DNA of 64,000 bases from Escherichia phage vB_EcoM_OE5505, in the sequence record NC_054926.1. The stretch is one strand, 5' to 3'. A program made the position numbers and the translations under genes. Below are positions 34,076 through 46,420 of this stretch, piece after piece. Numbering within the stretch: the first letter of the stretch is position 1; each line of letters starts with the position of its first letter. A model generated the notes under the pieces. The model had not been told where the DNA came from. It did not search any database and saw nothing but the letters and a program-made list of their open reading frames with translations.

Positions 34076-34362
34076 TATAAATTCTCTTTTAAATGAAAAT
34101 GCAGGACTTATTGGCATTGCCTGCGCAAGCCCTCAAGGGGAACATAGGTTTTGAATATTTACCGACAGGATAACCATAAACCTCGTCAACATACCACCAA
34201 GACTTACACAGATAACACTTTTCTGACGCATGATAGTAACATTCAAGAGGTACACCATAAAACTGCCGGGGTCTTAAAACTATAATGATTCGCAAATCAT
34301 TAATCAGACAGTTCGATGGCTCCTCGATTTAGCTCACACTAAGGCAGTGAATCTCCAATAAA

Positions 34363-34611
34363 TTACTTCAGTGTTACCACAAAGTGACGAACTGCTTTTC
34401 GTGCAGCAGAAGCCAAAGGCTTAGCATATTTAAGTTCATCTTTTTCCTGAAGCTCAGCAGCTAATGCAGTTTGAGCAGGATTCAGATGTTTGAAATAACG
34501 CAGGATTTCAAGAGCTTCGGCTTCAACATCAATAGATGCGCCATAGTTTTCGTGACCATTATTCCATGCGTTTCGTTGCAGTTCAAGAGCGTGTTGTAAT
34601 TGTTTAATCAT
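34363..34611 (-). CDS. rIII: rIII lysis inhibition accessory protein
   Basis: 82-aa ORF, T4 RIII length; sequence recognised. Confidence 0.9.
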   Translation of the reverse strand: MIKQLQHALELQRNAWNNGHENYGASIDVEAEALEILRYFKHLNPAQTALAAELQEKDELKYAKPLASAARKAVRHFVVTLK

Positions 34612-34750
34612 TTAAAAATTCTCGTTAGAGATTAAAACTCGGTAGTCACGTTCTTCTGAATTTCATCTTCTTTCGACAGATCTCTCAGTTGTAGACTACC
34701 ACATAGAATTGTTCGGTTAACTTATTATTCCGACATCCAATTCATATTAT

Positions 34751-34758
34751 TATTTATA
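34751..34758 (-). promoter_or_regulatory. Late promoter core (TATAAATA on the minus strand) upstream of rIII
   Basis: Plus strand TATTTATA is TATAAATA on the minus strand, directly after the gene 31 stop, about 140 nt upstream of the rIII ATG. Confidence 0.4.
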
Positions 34759-35094
34759 TCACTTATAAAGACACGGAATAGCTTTATAGTGACAGGTAAC
34801 GAATTTTTGTTTAATTTCTTTTGGCTGCTTAAGACCCAGAGCTACAAAAGGATGCGGAACATTTCGAATTTGACCAACTGGAAGAGAAGTCAAATCACCA
34901 ACTTCGCAGAAACCTTCAGGAACATCAGGACCGACAGAGTGAACTACACACAGTTCAGGAACTTCACCTTGGACACGTTTACCGATAATAAGTCCTGATT
35001 CTGTAACTTCTTCATCACCCGCCTGTGCGGGTTCAGAAACTAAAATAACATATTCACCGACAGCACGAATTGGTAGCTGTTGTACTTCAGACAT
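34759..35094 (-). CDS. 31: Co-chaperonin gp31 (GroES-like)
   Basis: 111-aa ORF, T4 gp31 length; sequence recognised. Confidence 0.9.
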
Positions 35095-35124
35095 TGTTTT
35101 TCCTTTTTGTTAACAGATGAATTA

Positions 35125-35149
35125 ATAATAACAAATAATTCTTAAAGCA
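35125..35149 (-). promoter_or_regulatory. Middle (MotA-dependent) promoter upstream of gene 31
   Basis: Minus strand reads aaTGCTTTA-(12 nt)-TATTAT, about 30 nt upstream of the gene 31 ATG. Confidence 0.5.
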
Positions 35150-35150
35150 T

Positions 35151-35459
35151 TTATTTACCAATAAATTGAAGCAAATGCTCAACTTTCATACCATTAACGG
35201 AAATCAATTTGTCAATAGAAAAACCTCGCCATGCACCAAGCTCAACATCAAATACTGGAATCATATCAGTAGATTCTTTCCGAGTAGATTCAGTTAATTT
35301 ACCAGTTTGCATGGTTGGCATAAAGTCTGCGTCACGAGTACCTTTCATAGTACGAATAGTACCATCAGACTTTTCAAAAACTACGTTTGAAACACCCATG
35401 GACAATTTAGTTTTCAAAATTTCACGAATTGCTACTTTCTGCTCAGTTGTCAGTTTCAT
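35151..35459 (-). CDS. Hypothetical protein (position of T4 31.1)
   Basis: 102-aa ORF, ATG start. Confidence 0.5.
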   Translation of the reverse strand: MKLTTEQKVAIREILKTKLSMGVSNVVFEKSDGTIRTMKGTRDADFMPTMQTGKLTESTRKESTDMIPVFDVELGAWRGFSIDKLISVNGMKVEHLLQFIGK

Positions 35460-35696
35460 TTATTTACCTATCACAGTTTTAATATGAGTTGTTCCACGTT
35501 CTTTAAGGGTGGAAAGTAATTTTTGGCATTTTTCTAAATCAGATTTCCAACTATATGGTCTATCAATACTAGTCCAATCAGTTTTATAATACTGTTTCCA
35601 TTTAGAGAAAAAATATTTCTTATACTCTACAGCAAATGAGATGTTCTCATTAGAATAAGAACTAATTGCTGTGAGCTTTACCAAACGAAATTTCAT
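35460..35696 (-). CDS. Hypothetical protein (position of T4 31.2)
   Basis: 78-aa ORF, ATG start. Confidence 0.5.
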   Translation of the reverse strand: MKFRLVKLTAISSYSNENISFAVEYKKYFFSKWKQYYKTDWTSIDRPYSWKSDLEKCQKLLSTLKERGTTHIKTVIGK

Positions 35697-36277
35697 TATT
35701 CACCACAGAATTCGTTGATATTTTCCCAGTTTAACTTATTCAAGTTTTTCTTAGGAACATTAAACACTTCAATACCTGCATTTCGCAGAATATCATCCCA
35801 GCCAGGTTTATTTTTATCGTATGTTTCGCAATAAACCAGCTTTTTAATACCAGATTGAGCTATCGCTTTTGCACAATCTGGACAAGGAGAAAGTGTTACA
35901 TACATAGTAGCACCTTCAATAGAAGAACCATTTCGTGCAGCAAACAAAATTGCATTTAGTTCAGCATGAATTTCATTTTTAGACGACCATTCAGAGTGAG
36001 CGCTGCGATGTTCTTTCGCCAAGACAAAACGATCAGTTGAACAAAATGATACGCATTCAGGCTTATGGCCTTGAATGATAGTGTGTTTAGGCTTATTCAA
36101 CAACCAACCTTGCTCAGCGGCATAATCACAACAGTTCACACCACCAGCAGGTGAACCATTATATCCGGTAGAAATAATACGTCCATTCTTTTCAATTACT
36201 GCTCCTACCTTCCAGGAGCAGCATTTTGATTCTTGTGATACTAAATATGCAATTTGAAGTACTGTACTCGCTTTCAT
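35696..36277 (-). CDS. cd: dCMP deaminase
   Basis: 193-aa ORF, T4 Cd length; zinc-binding deaminase motifs (HAELNA, PCxxC). Confidence 0.95.
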   Translation of the reverse strand: MKASTVLQIAYLVSQESKCCSWKVGAVIEKNGRIISTGYNGSPAGGVNCCDYAAEQGWLLNKPKHTIIQGHKPECVSFCSTDRFVLAKEHRSAHSEWSSKNEIHAELNAILFAARNGSSIEGATMYVTLSPCPDCAKAIAQSGIKKLVYCETYDKNKPGWDDILRNAGIEVFNVPKKNLNKLNWENINEFCGE

Positions 36278-36612
36278 TTCATAATCACCAGATAAGCAGA
36301 TTTAGCAGTTTCAACACGATAAATTTCATGACGAAGTTTAGTTATACTTTTAATAACAGAACTAATTATATTCTGCCCATCTTTAAAGCGGTTTTTCTTA
36401 TCAATAAAAATTGCGCCAGCCATCTTTTTGTGAAGCTCAACTGGATACTTCGTCACAATAATAGCATCATACACAGAAGGATGAATACTGTTCACCAGAG
36501 TATCATTCATTAAAGTTATTCTAATGAACTGTGCTGTTTCAGAATCAAGCGCTCTATGATCGCCAGTATCATTTTCAAGACAATTATCAATTATATCAGT
36601 TAAATTCATCAT
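36274..36612 (-). CDS. Hypothetical protein (position of T4 cd.1)
   Basis: 112-aa ORF, ATG start overlapping the neighbouring ORFs. Confidence 0.5.
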   Translation of the reverse strand: MMNLTDIIDNCLENDTGDHRALDSETAQFIRITLMNDTLVNSIHPSVYDAIIVTKYPVELHKKMAGAIFIDKKNRFKDGQNIISSVIKSITKLRHEIYRVETAKSAYLVIMK

Positions 36613-36845
36613 AGTACGCCATACACCCTTTGTGCTTCAACTAATCCATCAAAATCCAATTTGAGATGTGTTATTTGGTCACCATCACCTGGATTCACAA
36701 TTACTAATACTGAACGAGGAGTCTCGGTAATAACACGAACCGATGTTTCAGGAAATCGTTCAGAAACCTTATTTACCAATTCTTGAGCAAATAGTTTAAC
36801 TTTTTCTTGGAATTCTTTAACAGTAATTGGTTTTTCGCTTAGCAT
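36609..36845 (-). CDS. Hypothetical protein (78 aa)
   Basis: ATG start. Confidence 0.5.
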   Translation of the reverse strand: MLSEKPITVKEFQEKVKLFAQELVNKVSERFPETSVRVITETPRSVLVIVNPGDGDQITHLKLDFDGLVEAQRVYGVL

Positions 36846-37366
36846 GTTGATCCCAGCTCCTTACTTTCAACGTTTTTAACTAATTTGACAGAAACTAATT
36901 CGGCATCTTGGGTAATCATTACCGGGCCTTCTTCATACTCTTCAAGATATTCTAGAGCTTTCTTTTTAGCTTCTTCCTTCGTATCAGTTTGAGCATAGAT
37001 ATAGAACATACAACCAGTAATACCTACTACTTTCCACTTAATTTCTTTATCAGCTTTAATTTCAAATTTACTGACAGAATCATCTTTTTGAACTTCTTCG
37101 AAAAAAGAATATTCTAACATATAAGCAATTGAAAATAACGGGCTAACTTTATAGGATTCGCCCATTACATCAACAGCTTTATACCAGCAATCGTCAATTT
37201 CGCGTTTAATGCTAATAACATTTTTCGCAGGATCTATTTTTACTTTAAATGAATTTTCCCCAATAAACTGGGCAATTCGTTTATTAGCCCCACAAGTTTC
37301 ATTAAAAATATCTTTATATCCAGCTTTAAAGCGATAAACCTTACCTTCTTCAAACCATTCGCTCAT
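36839..37366 (-). CDS. Hypothetical protein (175 aa)
   Basis: ATG start. Confidence 0.5.
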   Translation of the reverse strand: MSEWFEEGKVYRFKAGYKDIFNETCGANKRIAQFIGENSFKVKIDPAKNVISIKREIDDCWYKAVDVMGESYKVSPLFSIAYMLEYSFFEEVQKDDSVSKFEIKADKEIKWKVVGITGCMFYIYAQTDTKEEAKKKALEYLEEYEEGPVMITQDAELVSVKLVKNVESKELGSTC

Positions 37367-37428
37367 TTCAATTTCCTCATTTGTTTTGGTAGAGCTATAA
37401 TATCACAACTCTACCGTAAAGTAAACTA

Positions 37429-37704
37429 TTAAATTGCTTTGAATTCTGATGTCTGTGATTCAAAACGAATATCGCCTTTGATAACTAACTCAGCATCAAG
37501 ACCAAATACGACAATGATATGCGCAGAACCTGGATACAGCGTAATGGCGATAGAATCCACCTGGTCTGGAAGCAAAGTGTTCAATACATGAGTCACTTGA
37601 GCATGAATTCGAAGCTCAGCTGCGTTATCAAGCTTTTCAAACATATTATTAGCGATAATTTGGCTAAACACTACTTCTACGATTTTAGAATAAGTCGGAA
37701 ACAT
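37429..37704 (-). CDS. Hypothetical protein (91 aa)
   Basis: ATG start. Confidence 0.5.
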   Translation of the reverse strand: MFPTYSKIVEVVFSQIIANNMFEKLDNAAELRIHAQVTHVLNTLLPDQVDSIAITLYPGSAHIIVVFGLDAELVIKGDIRFESQTSEFKAI

Positions 37705-37706
37705 AT

Positions 37707-37907
37707 TTACCTCACATAATTTTCTTCAAGCCAATCAATAACATCCAACGCATTATCAAAAGTTGAACCATCTACTTTGTCTTCTGTTTCATAATCAAGA
37801 ACATCTAAACCTACTCTTCCATCAACAATAGGCCATAAACAAAATAGATATTTCTTTTCTTTTTCAATCTTATCACAAAGACGATAAATCTTTTCTATGT
37901 TATTCAT
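37707..37907 (-). CDS. Hypothetical protein (66 aa)
   Basis: ATG start. Confidence 0.45.
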   Translation of the reverse strand: MNNIEKIYRLCDKIEKEKKYLFCLWPIVDGRVGLDVLDYETEDKVDGSTFDNALDVIDWLEENYVR

Positions 37908-38096
37908 AAGTTTTCCATGGTAAAGGCAGTTTAGTTTTCTTTACTGTTAGTTCAACATCAGGATTCTTTTCTCTTAATTTAAGGCATTCCTCCCATGCTC
38001 TATTTTCACTAGTAAATACACAAAATTGCCCATTACTAGTACCAACTAAACCGCTATTTACAATAACAATAGCCCAAGTTTCATGGTGCCAAGCCA

Positions 38097-38097
<1 letters not shown>
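37900..38097 (-). CDS. Hypothetical protein (65 aa)
   Basis: ATG start; ends at the pseT start. Confidence 0.45.
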
Positions 38098-39318
<1,221 letters not shown>

Positions 39319-39322
<4 letters not shown>

Positions 39323-39549
39323 TTATTTTTCTCAACCAATGATTGAATATAATCATGCAGGTCTTTAGATGCTTTGCCCCACTTATTTTGATATTCATTT
39401 TTGAGATTAGCACGTGATTGAGCTAATAAAACATCATTAGTTGGAGGTAAAGATTCTAATCGTTGAATCTGGCGTCCATAAATCATTGCAGCCATCTCAG
39501 ATTCATAAATCAATCCTTTGAGATGTTCAAATTGATGCCATGAAATCAT
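39319..39549 (-). CDS. Hypothetical protein (76 aa)
   Basis: ATG start. Confidence 0.45.
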
Positions 39550-39845
39550 TTACATTTATCCTCTTTTAGCTCTTGACGATAATAACATATCATAGTTTTT
39601 TGGTCATGTACATATCGTTTTACATCATTAAGCCAAATGCGAAATTCCTGGGAATCTTCAAATGGCATACCGACCCAAGCTTTGCCATCAATAACTTTAA
39701 CTTGCCAAGATAGTTTAGCTTCGTCATATGACTTTATTTGCACAGGCCAATTAGGATGAACTGTTTCTTTCTTTACTTCTAGAGGCTTTGTCGAACAACC
39801 AACTAGAAGACCAATAGATAATATTACTGCTGATAGTTTAATCAT
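39546..39845 (-). CDS. Outer-membrane lipoprotein, o-spanin-like (Rz1 equivalent)
   Basis: Signal peptide with lipobox LLVGC near the N-terminus; C-terminal cysteine (KCK); lies directly downstream of the TM plus coiled-coil ORF. T4 is reported to carry separate spanin genes in the pseT.2/pseT.3 region. Confidence 0.65.
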   Translation of the reverse strand: MIKLSAVILSIGLLVGCSTKPLEVKKETVHPNWPVQIKSYDEAKLSWQVKVIDGKAWVGMPFEDSQEFRIWLNDVKRYVHDQKTMICYYRQELKEDKCK

Positions 39846-40195
39846 TTAGAAAGGTCCTGGATGTCTTCTGCGAACTTGTTGAAGGAGTTGTTGATTTGTT
39901 TTTCAACCAATCCTGGCTTATGAGCCACCACATCCGCCTTCTTTGCATCTTTGCGCAGTTTTTCATTTTCACGCTCAATAGCAGCAATTGCCTCACGATT
40001 TTTATTATTCATCGCATCAATATAATTATACTGAATTCGCAAATTATCTAATGCTAAAGCGTTTTCATTGGCCGTTTTTGTAATTTCAGTAACCGATGTT
40101 TCTAATCTTTCTACCTTATTTTTTAAAATAATAGATGTTCCGCCAAATGCTATTACAAGTAATAGCAATCCAGCTGTAAAATTACTTACATGCAT
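39842..40195 (-). CDS. Inner-membrane coiled-coil protein, i-spanin-like (Rz equivalent)
   Basis: 117 aa; N-terminal transmembrane helix (FTAGLLLLVIAFGGTSIIL) followed by a charged coiled-coil domain; adjacent to the lipoprotein gene. Confidence 0.65.
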   Translation of the reverse strand: MHVSNFTAGLLLLVIAFGGTSIILKNKVERLETSVTEITKTANENALALDNLRIQYNYIDAMNNKNREAIAAIERENEKLRKDAKKADVVAHKPGLVEKQINNSFNKFAEDIQDLSK

Positions 40196-40692
40196 AAAGT
40201 TTTAATAACCTCTACAATATCGTCTTGAGAAAGACCGTTAATTAAAATATGATGTTCAGCTGGAGATTTAGAAATTTTAAAGCATGCCTCAACATCTTCT
40301 GCCATATCTGATGCACTACGATTTGGATTACTAATTCCAAGACGATGTTTTCCAGTCAAAGGATTAACGATGATATAGCATTTACAACTATTGATATGAA
40401 CATTAGGTTGAGTCTGATTAATGAACACTTCACAATCATACTTAGCGAGTTGATTTTCTAAAAAGACTTTCATCTCCTCAACCGCATCAGGAAGCATATC
40501 ACGGGCTTGCTCAAGACGACGATTTCGATATTCTTTAATGGTCGTTTTCCGCTTGACTTGCTTAGCTAAATCTTTCTTAAGATCAGTGATATATCCAACT
40601 CGACGATTTCCTTTGAATACAGAAATCCCATCTGTAGTATCACCGTATGCTTCAACGACCATTTCAGTAGTAATAAGCTGCAAATCCATCAT
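40186..40692 (-). CDS. alc: Alc, inhibitor of host transcription
   Basis: 168-aa ORF; sequence and position (between the pseT cluster and rnlA) match T4 Alc as remembered. Confidence 0.8.
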   Translation of the reverse strand: MMDLQLITTEMVVEAYGDTTDGISVFKGNRRVGYITDLKKDLAKQVKRKTTIKEYRNRRLEQARDMLPDAVEEMKVFLENQLAKYDCEVFINQTQPNVHINSCKCYIIVNPLTGKHRLGISNPNRSASDMAEDVEACFKISKSPAEHHILINGLSQDDIVEVIKTLCM

Positions 40693-40750
40693 AAAGTCCT
40701 CATGTTATGTCAGTAAGACTACTATAACACAACATAAGGAACGTGTAAAC
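40693..40750 (-). promoter_or_regulatory. Early-type promoter plus conserved leader, copy B (upstream of alc)
   Basis: Minus strand reads GTTTAC-(18 nt)-TATAGT and the same leader as copy A; 38-nt identity with 24878-24915. Confidence 0.4.
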
Positions 40751-40753
40751 AGC

Positions 40754-42341
<1,588 letters not shown>

Positions 42342-42371
42342 AATAAAATGGGCCTTGCGGCCCACTCCTTA
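42342..42371 (-). promoter_or_regulatory. Hairpin-split ribosome binding site for denA / terminator-like hairpin after nrdB
   Basis: Minus strand reads TAAGGAG-TGGGCC-gcaa-GGCCCA-TTTTATT-ATG. The nrdB stop overlaps AAGGAG; a 6-bp stem with GCAA loop separates the Shine-Dalgarno from the denA ATG. Confidence 0.5.
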
Positions 42372-43547
42372 AAAGTATTTTTTAAAACTCATCATAACTT
42401 TATCATCAACATCATTATCAATCTGTGCAACAAGGTAAGATGACAATTCTACTTCTTGTGGCGCAGATTGAACATTATCAGAATTAAGATATTCACGAAT
42501 CCAAGGATATGGATGTTTAACCGGAGCATCGGTAATTGGGCATGGAAGACCACACTGCTTCATACGAGATACAGTTAAGTAATCAATAAAGCTCCACATG
42601 CTATTTGTATTTAATCCAGGAACATCTCCATCTTTAAATAAATGAACTGCCCAATCTTTTTCTTGGCGGTTAACTTCCATGAAAATATCAACTGCTTCTT
42701 GTTCACACTCTTGAGCAATTTTAACCCATTCATCGCCATCAGTACCAGATTGAAGTTGACGAATAATATATTGGGTGCCTTTAAGGTGAAGCTGTTCATC
42801 GCGTGCAATGAACTTCATAATCTTGGCATTACCTTCCATGATTTCCATGTTCTTATGGAAGTTAAAGGTACATGCAAAAGATACATAAAAACGAATAGCT
42901 TCCAATGCGTTGATTACATGCAAACAGAGGTAAAGAGATTTCATTAGCTCACGCTTCCAATATGTCTCATGCTCAATAGCATCTTCAATAACGTCTTCGT
43001 CTGCATTAATTTCTTTTTGGTATTCGATATCAGCTTTAGCGTTTTCCCAATAACGAGTTTTAATCAGAACATCATCATAATAACGTCCAATGGATTCAGC
43101 ACGTTTCATAATAGCTTCATCTAATACAATCTCATCAAATACCTTCGATGGATCAGTATAAAGATTTCGCATGATATGAGTATATGAACGACTGTGAATA
43201 GTTTCACTAAAAGTCCATGTAGCAACCCATGTATCAAGACTTGGGTCTGAAATTAATGACATAAGTACAGCAGACGGCGCACGACCCTGAATGCTATCTA
43301 AAAGTGATTGATACTTCAGGTTGTTAGTAAAAATATTTTGCTGGTACTGAGGAAGCTTATTAAACTGTGCAGCATCCATCATTAAGTTTACTTCTTCAGG
43401 ACGCCAGAAAAATGACAACTGCTTTTCGGTTAAATCTTCAAAAACTTTATGACGTTGAATATCATAACGCGCAATACCAAGACCTGAACCAAAAAACATA
43501 GGTTCTTTTAAAACATCAACTGGGTTTGTATTAAAAACTGTGCTCAT
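42369..43547 (-). CDS. nrdB: Ribonucleotide reductase small subunit NrdB (no intron)
   Basis: Continuous 392-aa ORF with the di-iron/tyrosyl radical protein signature; T4 nrdB is interrupted by a group I intron, this one is not. Confidence 0.95.
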   Translation of the reverse strand: MSTVFNTNPVDVLKEPMFFGSGLGIARYDIQRHKVFEDLTEKQLSFFWRPEEVNLMMDAAQFNKLPQYQQNIFTNNLKYQSLLDSIQGRAPSAVLMSLISDPSLDTWVATWTFSETIHSRSYTHIMRNLYTDPSKVFDEIVLDEAIMKRAESIGRYYDDVLIKTRYWENAKADIEYQKEINADEDVIEDAIEHETYWKRELMKSLYLCLHVINALEAIRFYVSFACTFNFHKNMEIMEGNAKIMKFIARDEQLHLKGTQYIIRQLQSGTDGDEWVKIAQECEQEAVDIFMEVNRQEKDWAVHLFKDGDVPGLNTNSMWSFIDYLTVSRMKQCGLPCPITDAPVKHPYPWIREYLNSDNVQSAPQEVELSSYLVAQIDNDVDDKVMMSFKKYF

Positions 43548-43598
43548 AAATTTTCCACTTAGTTAATAGATAGTGACTCGTCCATGAGTCAAATTATA

Positions 43599-45863
43599 TC
43601 ATAATTTACAGGATGAACAATCTTCAGCTTTTGGAGTTTCTATTTCATAATCATCAGTACCAGAACCATCACGGGTATTATGATAATAGAAATTTTTTCC
43701 GCCAAAATACCAAAAATACAAAAGGTCATCAATCATTATTGACATTGGAACCTTTCCTTTTGGAAAAATCTGCGGGTCATAATATGTATTCGCTGAAGCT
43801 GATTGACATACCCATTTCAGCATAATAGCTACCTGCGTAAGATAAGGTTTATTACCTTTCTTAGCTAATTTCCACGTATAATCATATAGGTCTATGTTAT
43901 GCTCAATATTGGGCACGACTTGATTAAAGGAGCCCTCTTTTGATTCTTTAACAGAGACTGGTCCACGTGGAGGCTCGATACCGTTTGTACTGTTAGAAAC
44001 TTGGGAAGATGACTCACATGGCATAAGTGCTGATAATGTGCTATTACGGATGCCAAAGAGCTTAAGGTCTTCCCGCAGCGCCGACCAGTCACAAACGTAT
44101 TTTGGAGCTGCGATTTGGTCAATCTTTTTATTGTACCAGTCGATAGGTAATTCGCCTCGAGACCAACGAGTGTCTGAATAATATTCGCAAGGTCCTTTTT
44201 CTTTGGCGAGCTTAATGGATGCTTTAATGAGTCCATACTGTAATCTCTCAAATAGTTCATGTGTTAAATCATTAGCATCTTCATAAGAAGCAAAGTTACT
44301 TGCCAGCCAAGCTGCATAGTTGGTAACACCTACACCGAGGTTACGACGCTTTTTAGCTTTTTCTGCTTCAGGAACTGGATATCCTTGGTAATCCAACAGA
44401 TTATCAAGAGCACGAACTTGAACTTCTGCCAATTCATTAATTTTATCTTGGTCTTGCCAGTCAAAATTATCTAGTACGAATGCAGAGAGAGTACACAATC
44501 CAATTTCAGCATCAGGACTATTCACATCATTTGTTGGAATAGCAATTTCACAGCACAAGTTACTCTGGCGAATAGGTGCCTTTTCACGAATAAACGGAGT
44601 ATAGTTATTCGTATTATCAATGAACTGCACATAAATCCTTGCTGTTCCTGAACGTTCAGTCATGAGCAATTCAAATAGTTCACGGGCTTTAATACGCTTT
44701 TTACGAATATTAGGGTCTTTTTCTGCTGCTTCGTATAATTCACGGAAACGGTCTTGGTCTTTAAAATAAGAATAATAAAGCTCTCCACCCATTTCATGGG
44801 GACTGAACAAAGTAATGTAATCGTTCTTTCCAAAACGTTCCATCATCAAATCATTCAGTTGAACACCATAATCCATATGACGAATGCGGTTTTCTTCTAC
44901 GCCTTTGTTATTTTTCAAAACGAGAAGATTTTCAACTTCCAAATGCCAAATAGGATAATAAGCAGTAGCAGCGCCGCCACGAATTCCACCCTGTGAACAT
45001 GATTTAACTGCAGTCTGAAAATGTTTCCAAAAAGGAATAACACCAGTATGGCGTACTTCACCCATGCCAATCTTAGAACCTTCAGCACGAATCATACCAA
45101 CGTTAATACCAATTCCAGCGCGTTTAGAGATATATTCAACAATCGAAGCGGAAGCCTTATTGATAGACTTCAATGAATCTCCTGCCTCAATAACAACGCA
45201 TGAACTGAACTGTCGAGTCGGAGTACGGCAACCAGCCATAATAGGAGTTGGCAGTGAAATCTGTCGAGTAGATACTGCTTCATAAAAACGAATAACATGT
45301 TTTAATCTATCAACAGGTTCATCTTGATGCAATGCCATTCCAATAGTCATAAATGCAAACTGTGGAGTTTCATAAATTTGACCAGTGGTTTTATCTTTAA
45401 CTAAATATTTTTCTTTTAATTGCATCGCCCCGGAATAAGTAAATTCCATATCCCGTTCGTGCTTAATTTTTGATTCTAAAAATGTAATTTCTTCTGCTGA
45501 ATATTTTGACAACAATTCAGGGTCATATTTACCTTCATTTACACAGTAAGAAATATGGTCAATAAATGAACGTGGTTCATACTGCCCATAAACATGCTTA
45601 CGAAGAGCAAACATTAAACAGCGTGCAGCTACATATTGATAATCAGGCTCTTCAACCGAAATAGAATTCGCAGCGGCCTTAATGACAATAGTCTGAATAT
45701 CATCAGTTGTCATTCCATCACGGAGATAAGATTTAATATTTTCATATAATTCATAAGGATCTACTGATGTTCCTTCAGCTGCCCAAGATAAAACTTTAAT
45801 AATTTTTTGCGGGTCAAAGCTCTGAGAAACACCACTACTTTTGATAACATTAATTAATTGCAT
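43599..45863 (-). CDS. nrdA: Ribonucleotide reductase large subunit NrdA
   Basis: 754-aa ORF, T4 NrdA length; sequence recognised. Confidence 0.95.
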   Translation of the reverse strand: MQLINVIKSSGVSQSFDPQKIIKVLSWAAEGTSVDPYELYENIKSYLRDGMTTDDIQTIVIKAAANSISVEEPDYQYVAARCLMFALRKHVYGQYEPRSFIDHISYCVNEGKYDPELLSKYSAEEITFLESKIKHERDMEFTYSGAMQLKEKYLVKDKTTGQIYETPQFAFMTIGMALHQDEPVDRLKHVIRFYEAVSTRQISLPTPIMAGCRTPTRQFSSCVVIEAGDSLKSINKASASIVEYISKRAGIGINVGMIRAEGSKIGMGEVRHTGVIPFWKHFQTAVKSCSQGGIRGGAATAYYPIWHLEVENLLVLKNNKGVEENRIRHMDYGVQLNDLMMERFGKNDYITLFSPHEMGGELYYSYFKDQDRFRELYEAAEKDPNIRKKRIKARELFELLMTERSGTARIYVQFIDNTNNYTPFIREKAPIRQSNLCCEIAIPTNDVNSPDAEIGLCTLSAFVLDNFDWQDQDKINELAEVQVRALDNLLDYQGYPVPEAEKAKKRRNLGVGVTNYAAWLASNFASYEDANDLTHELFERLQYGLIKASIKLAKEKGPCEYYSDTRWSRGELPIDWYNKKIDQIAAPKYVCDWSALREDLKLFGIRNSTLSALMPCESSSQVSNSTNGIEPPRGPVSVKESKEGSFNQVVPNIEHNIDLYDYTWKLAKKGNKPYLTQVAIMLKWVCQSASANTYYDPQIFPKGKVPMSIMIDDLLYFWYFGGKNFYYHNTRDGSGTDDYEIETPKAEDCSSCKL

Positions 45864-46180
45864 AAGTCCTCAACTTGAAAATCGTCTTTAAACAGTCGGT
45901 TAACTATATGAGCTATTATATCACCATGACACGGCTTTGGTTTACATGTGCATCCTAGCCTCATTCCACGTAAAGGCTCTAAATGCGCTTTAGTTATTTC
46001 TCCGGATTTAATTCGACGTATAAAATCTTTTTTGAATAATTCAATGGCAGCCTCCCGGCTGCCAGCATCTTTACCGACGTAATTTCCCCAAAATGTACCA
46101 CGGTGAATATTAACATCAAAGTCGGATTTATATTTATTCACTACCTGGCATAGACGGCCCGCGCGGTGATAATTCGTCAT
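45854..46180 (-). CDS. Hypothetical Cys-containing protein (position of T4 nrdA.1)
   Basis: 108-aa ORF; C-terminal [11 protein letters not shown] cysteine cluster; overlaps the nrdA start. Confidence 0.55.
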   Translation of the reverse strand: MTNYHRAGRLCQVVNKYKSDFDVNIHRGTFWGNYVGKDAGSREAAIELFKKDFIRRIKSGEITKAHLEPLRGMRLGCTCKPKPCHGDIIAHIVNRLFKDDFQVEDLCN

Positions 46181-46397
46181 ATTGTTTTTCCGTTAAAACA
46201 GTAATATCATAGTAACAATCTGAAGAAGTTTTAACTGTAGAAATTTTATTATCAAAATACTCACGAGTCATTTTATGAGTATAATATTTTTTGCCATAAA
46301 TGATAATAGGCTGATTTGGTCCTGGAACTTCTAACTCACTTGGGTTAGGAAGTGTAAAAAGAACTACACCAGAAGTATCTTTAAATCGTAAAATCAT
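46134..46397 (-). CDS. Hypothetical protein (position of T4 nrdA.2)
   Basis: 87-aa ORF, ATG start; overlaps the next ORF in another frame. Confidence 0.5.
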   Translation of the reverse strand: MILRFKDTSGVVLFTLPNPSELEVPGPNQPIIIYGKKYYTHKMTREYFDNKISTVKTSSDCYYDITVLTEKQYDELSPRGPSMPGSE

Positions 46398-46420
46398 AAA
46401 TCCTCACAATTAAATTAAAA

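Noticed and set aside
34089-34295. Cys-rich 68-aa ORF in the rIII-downstream spacer
   Set aside because: Starts with TTG, has no Shine-Dalgarno and overlaps a strong hairpin. Kept only as part of the non-coding region finding.
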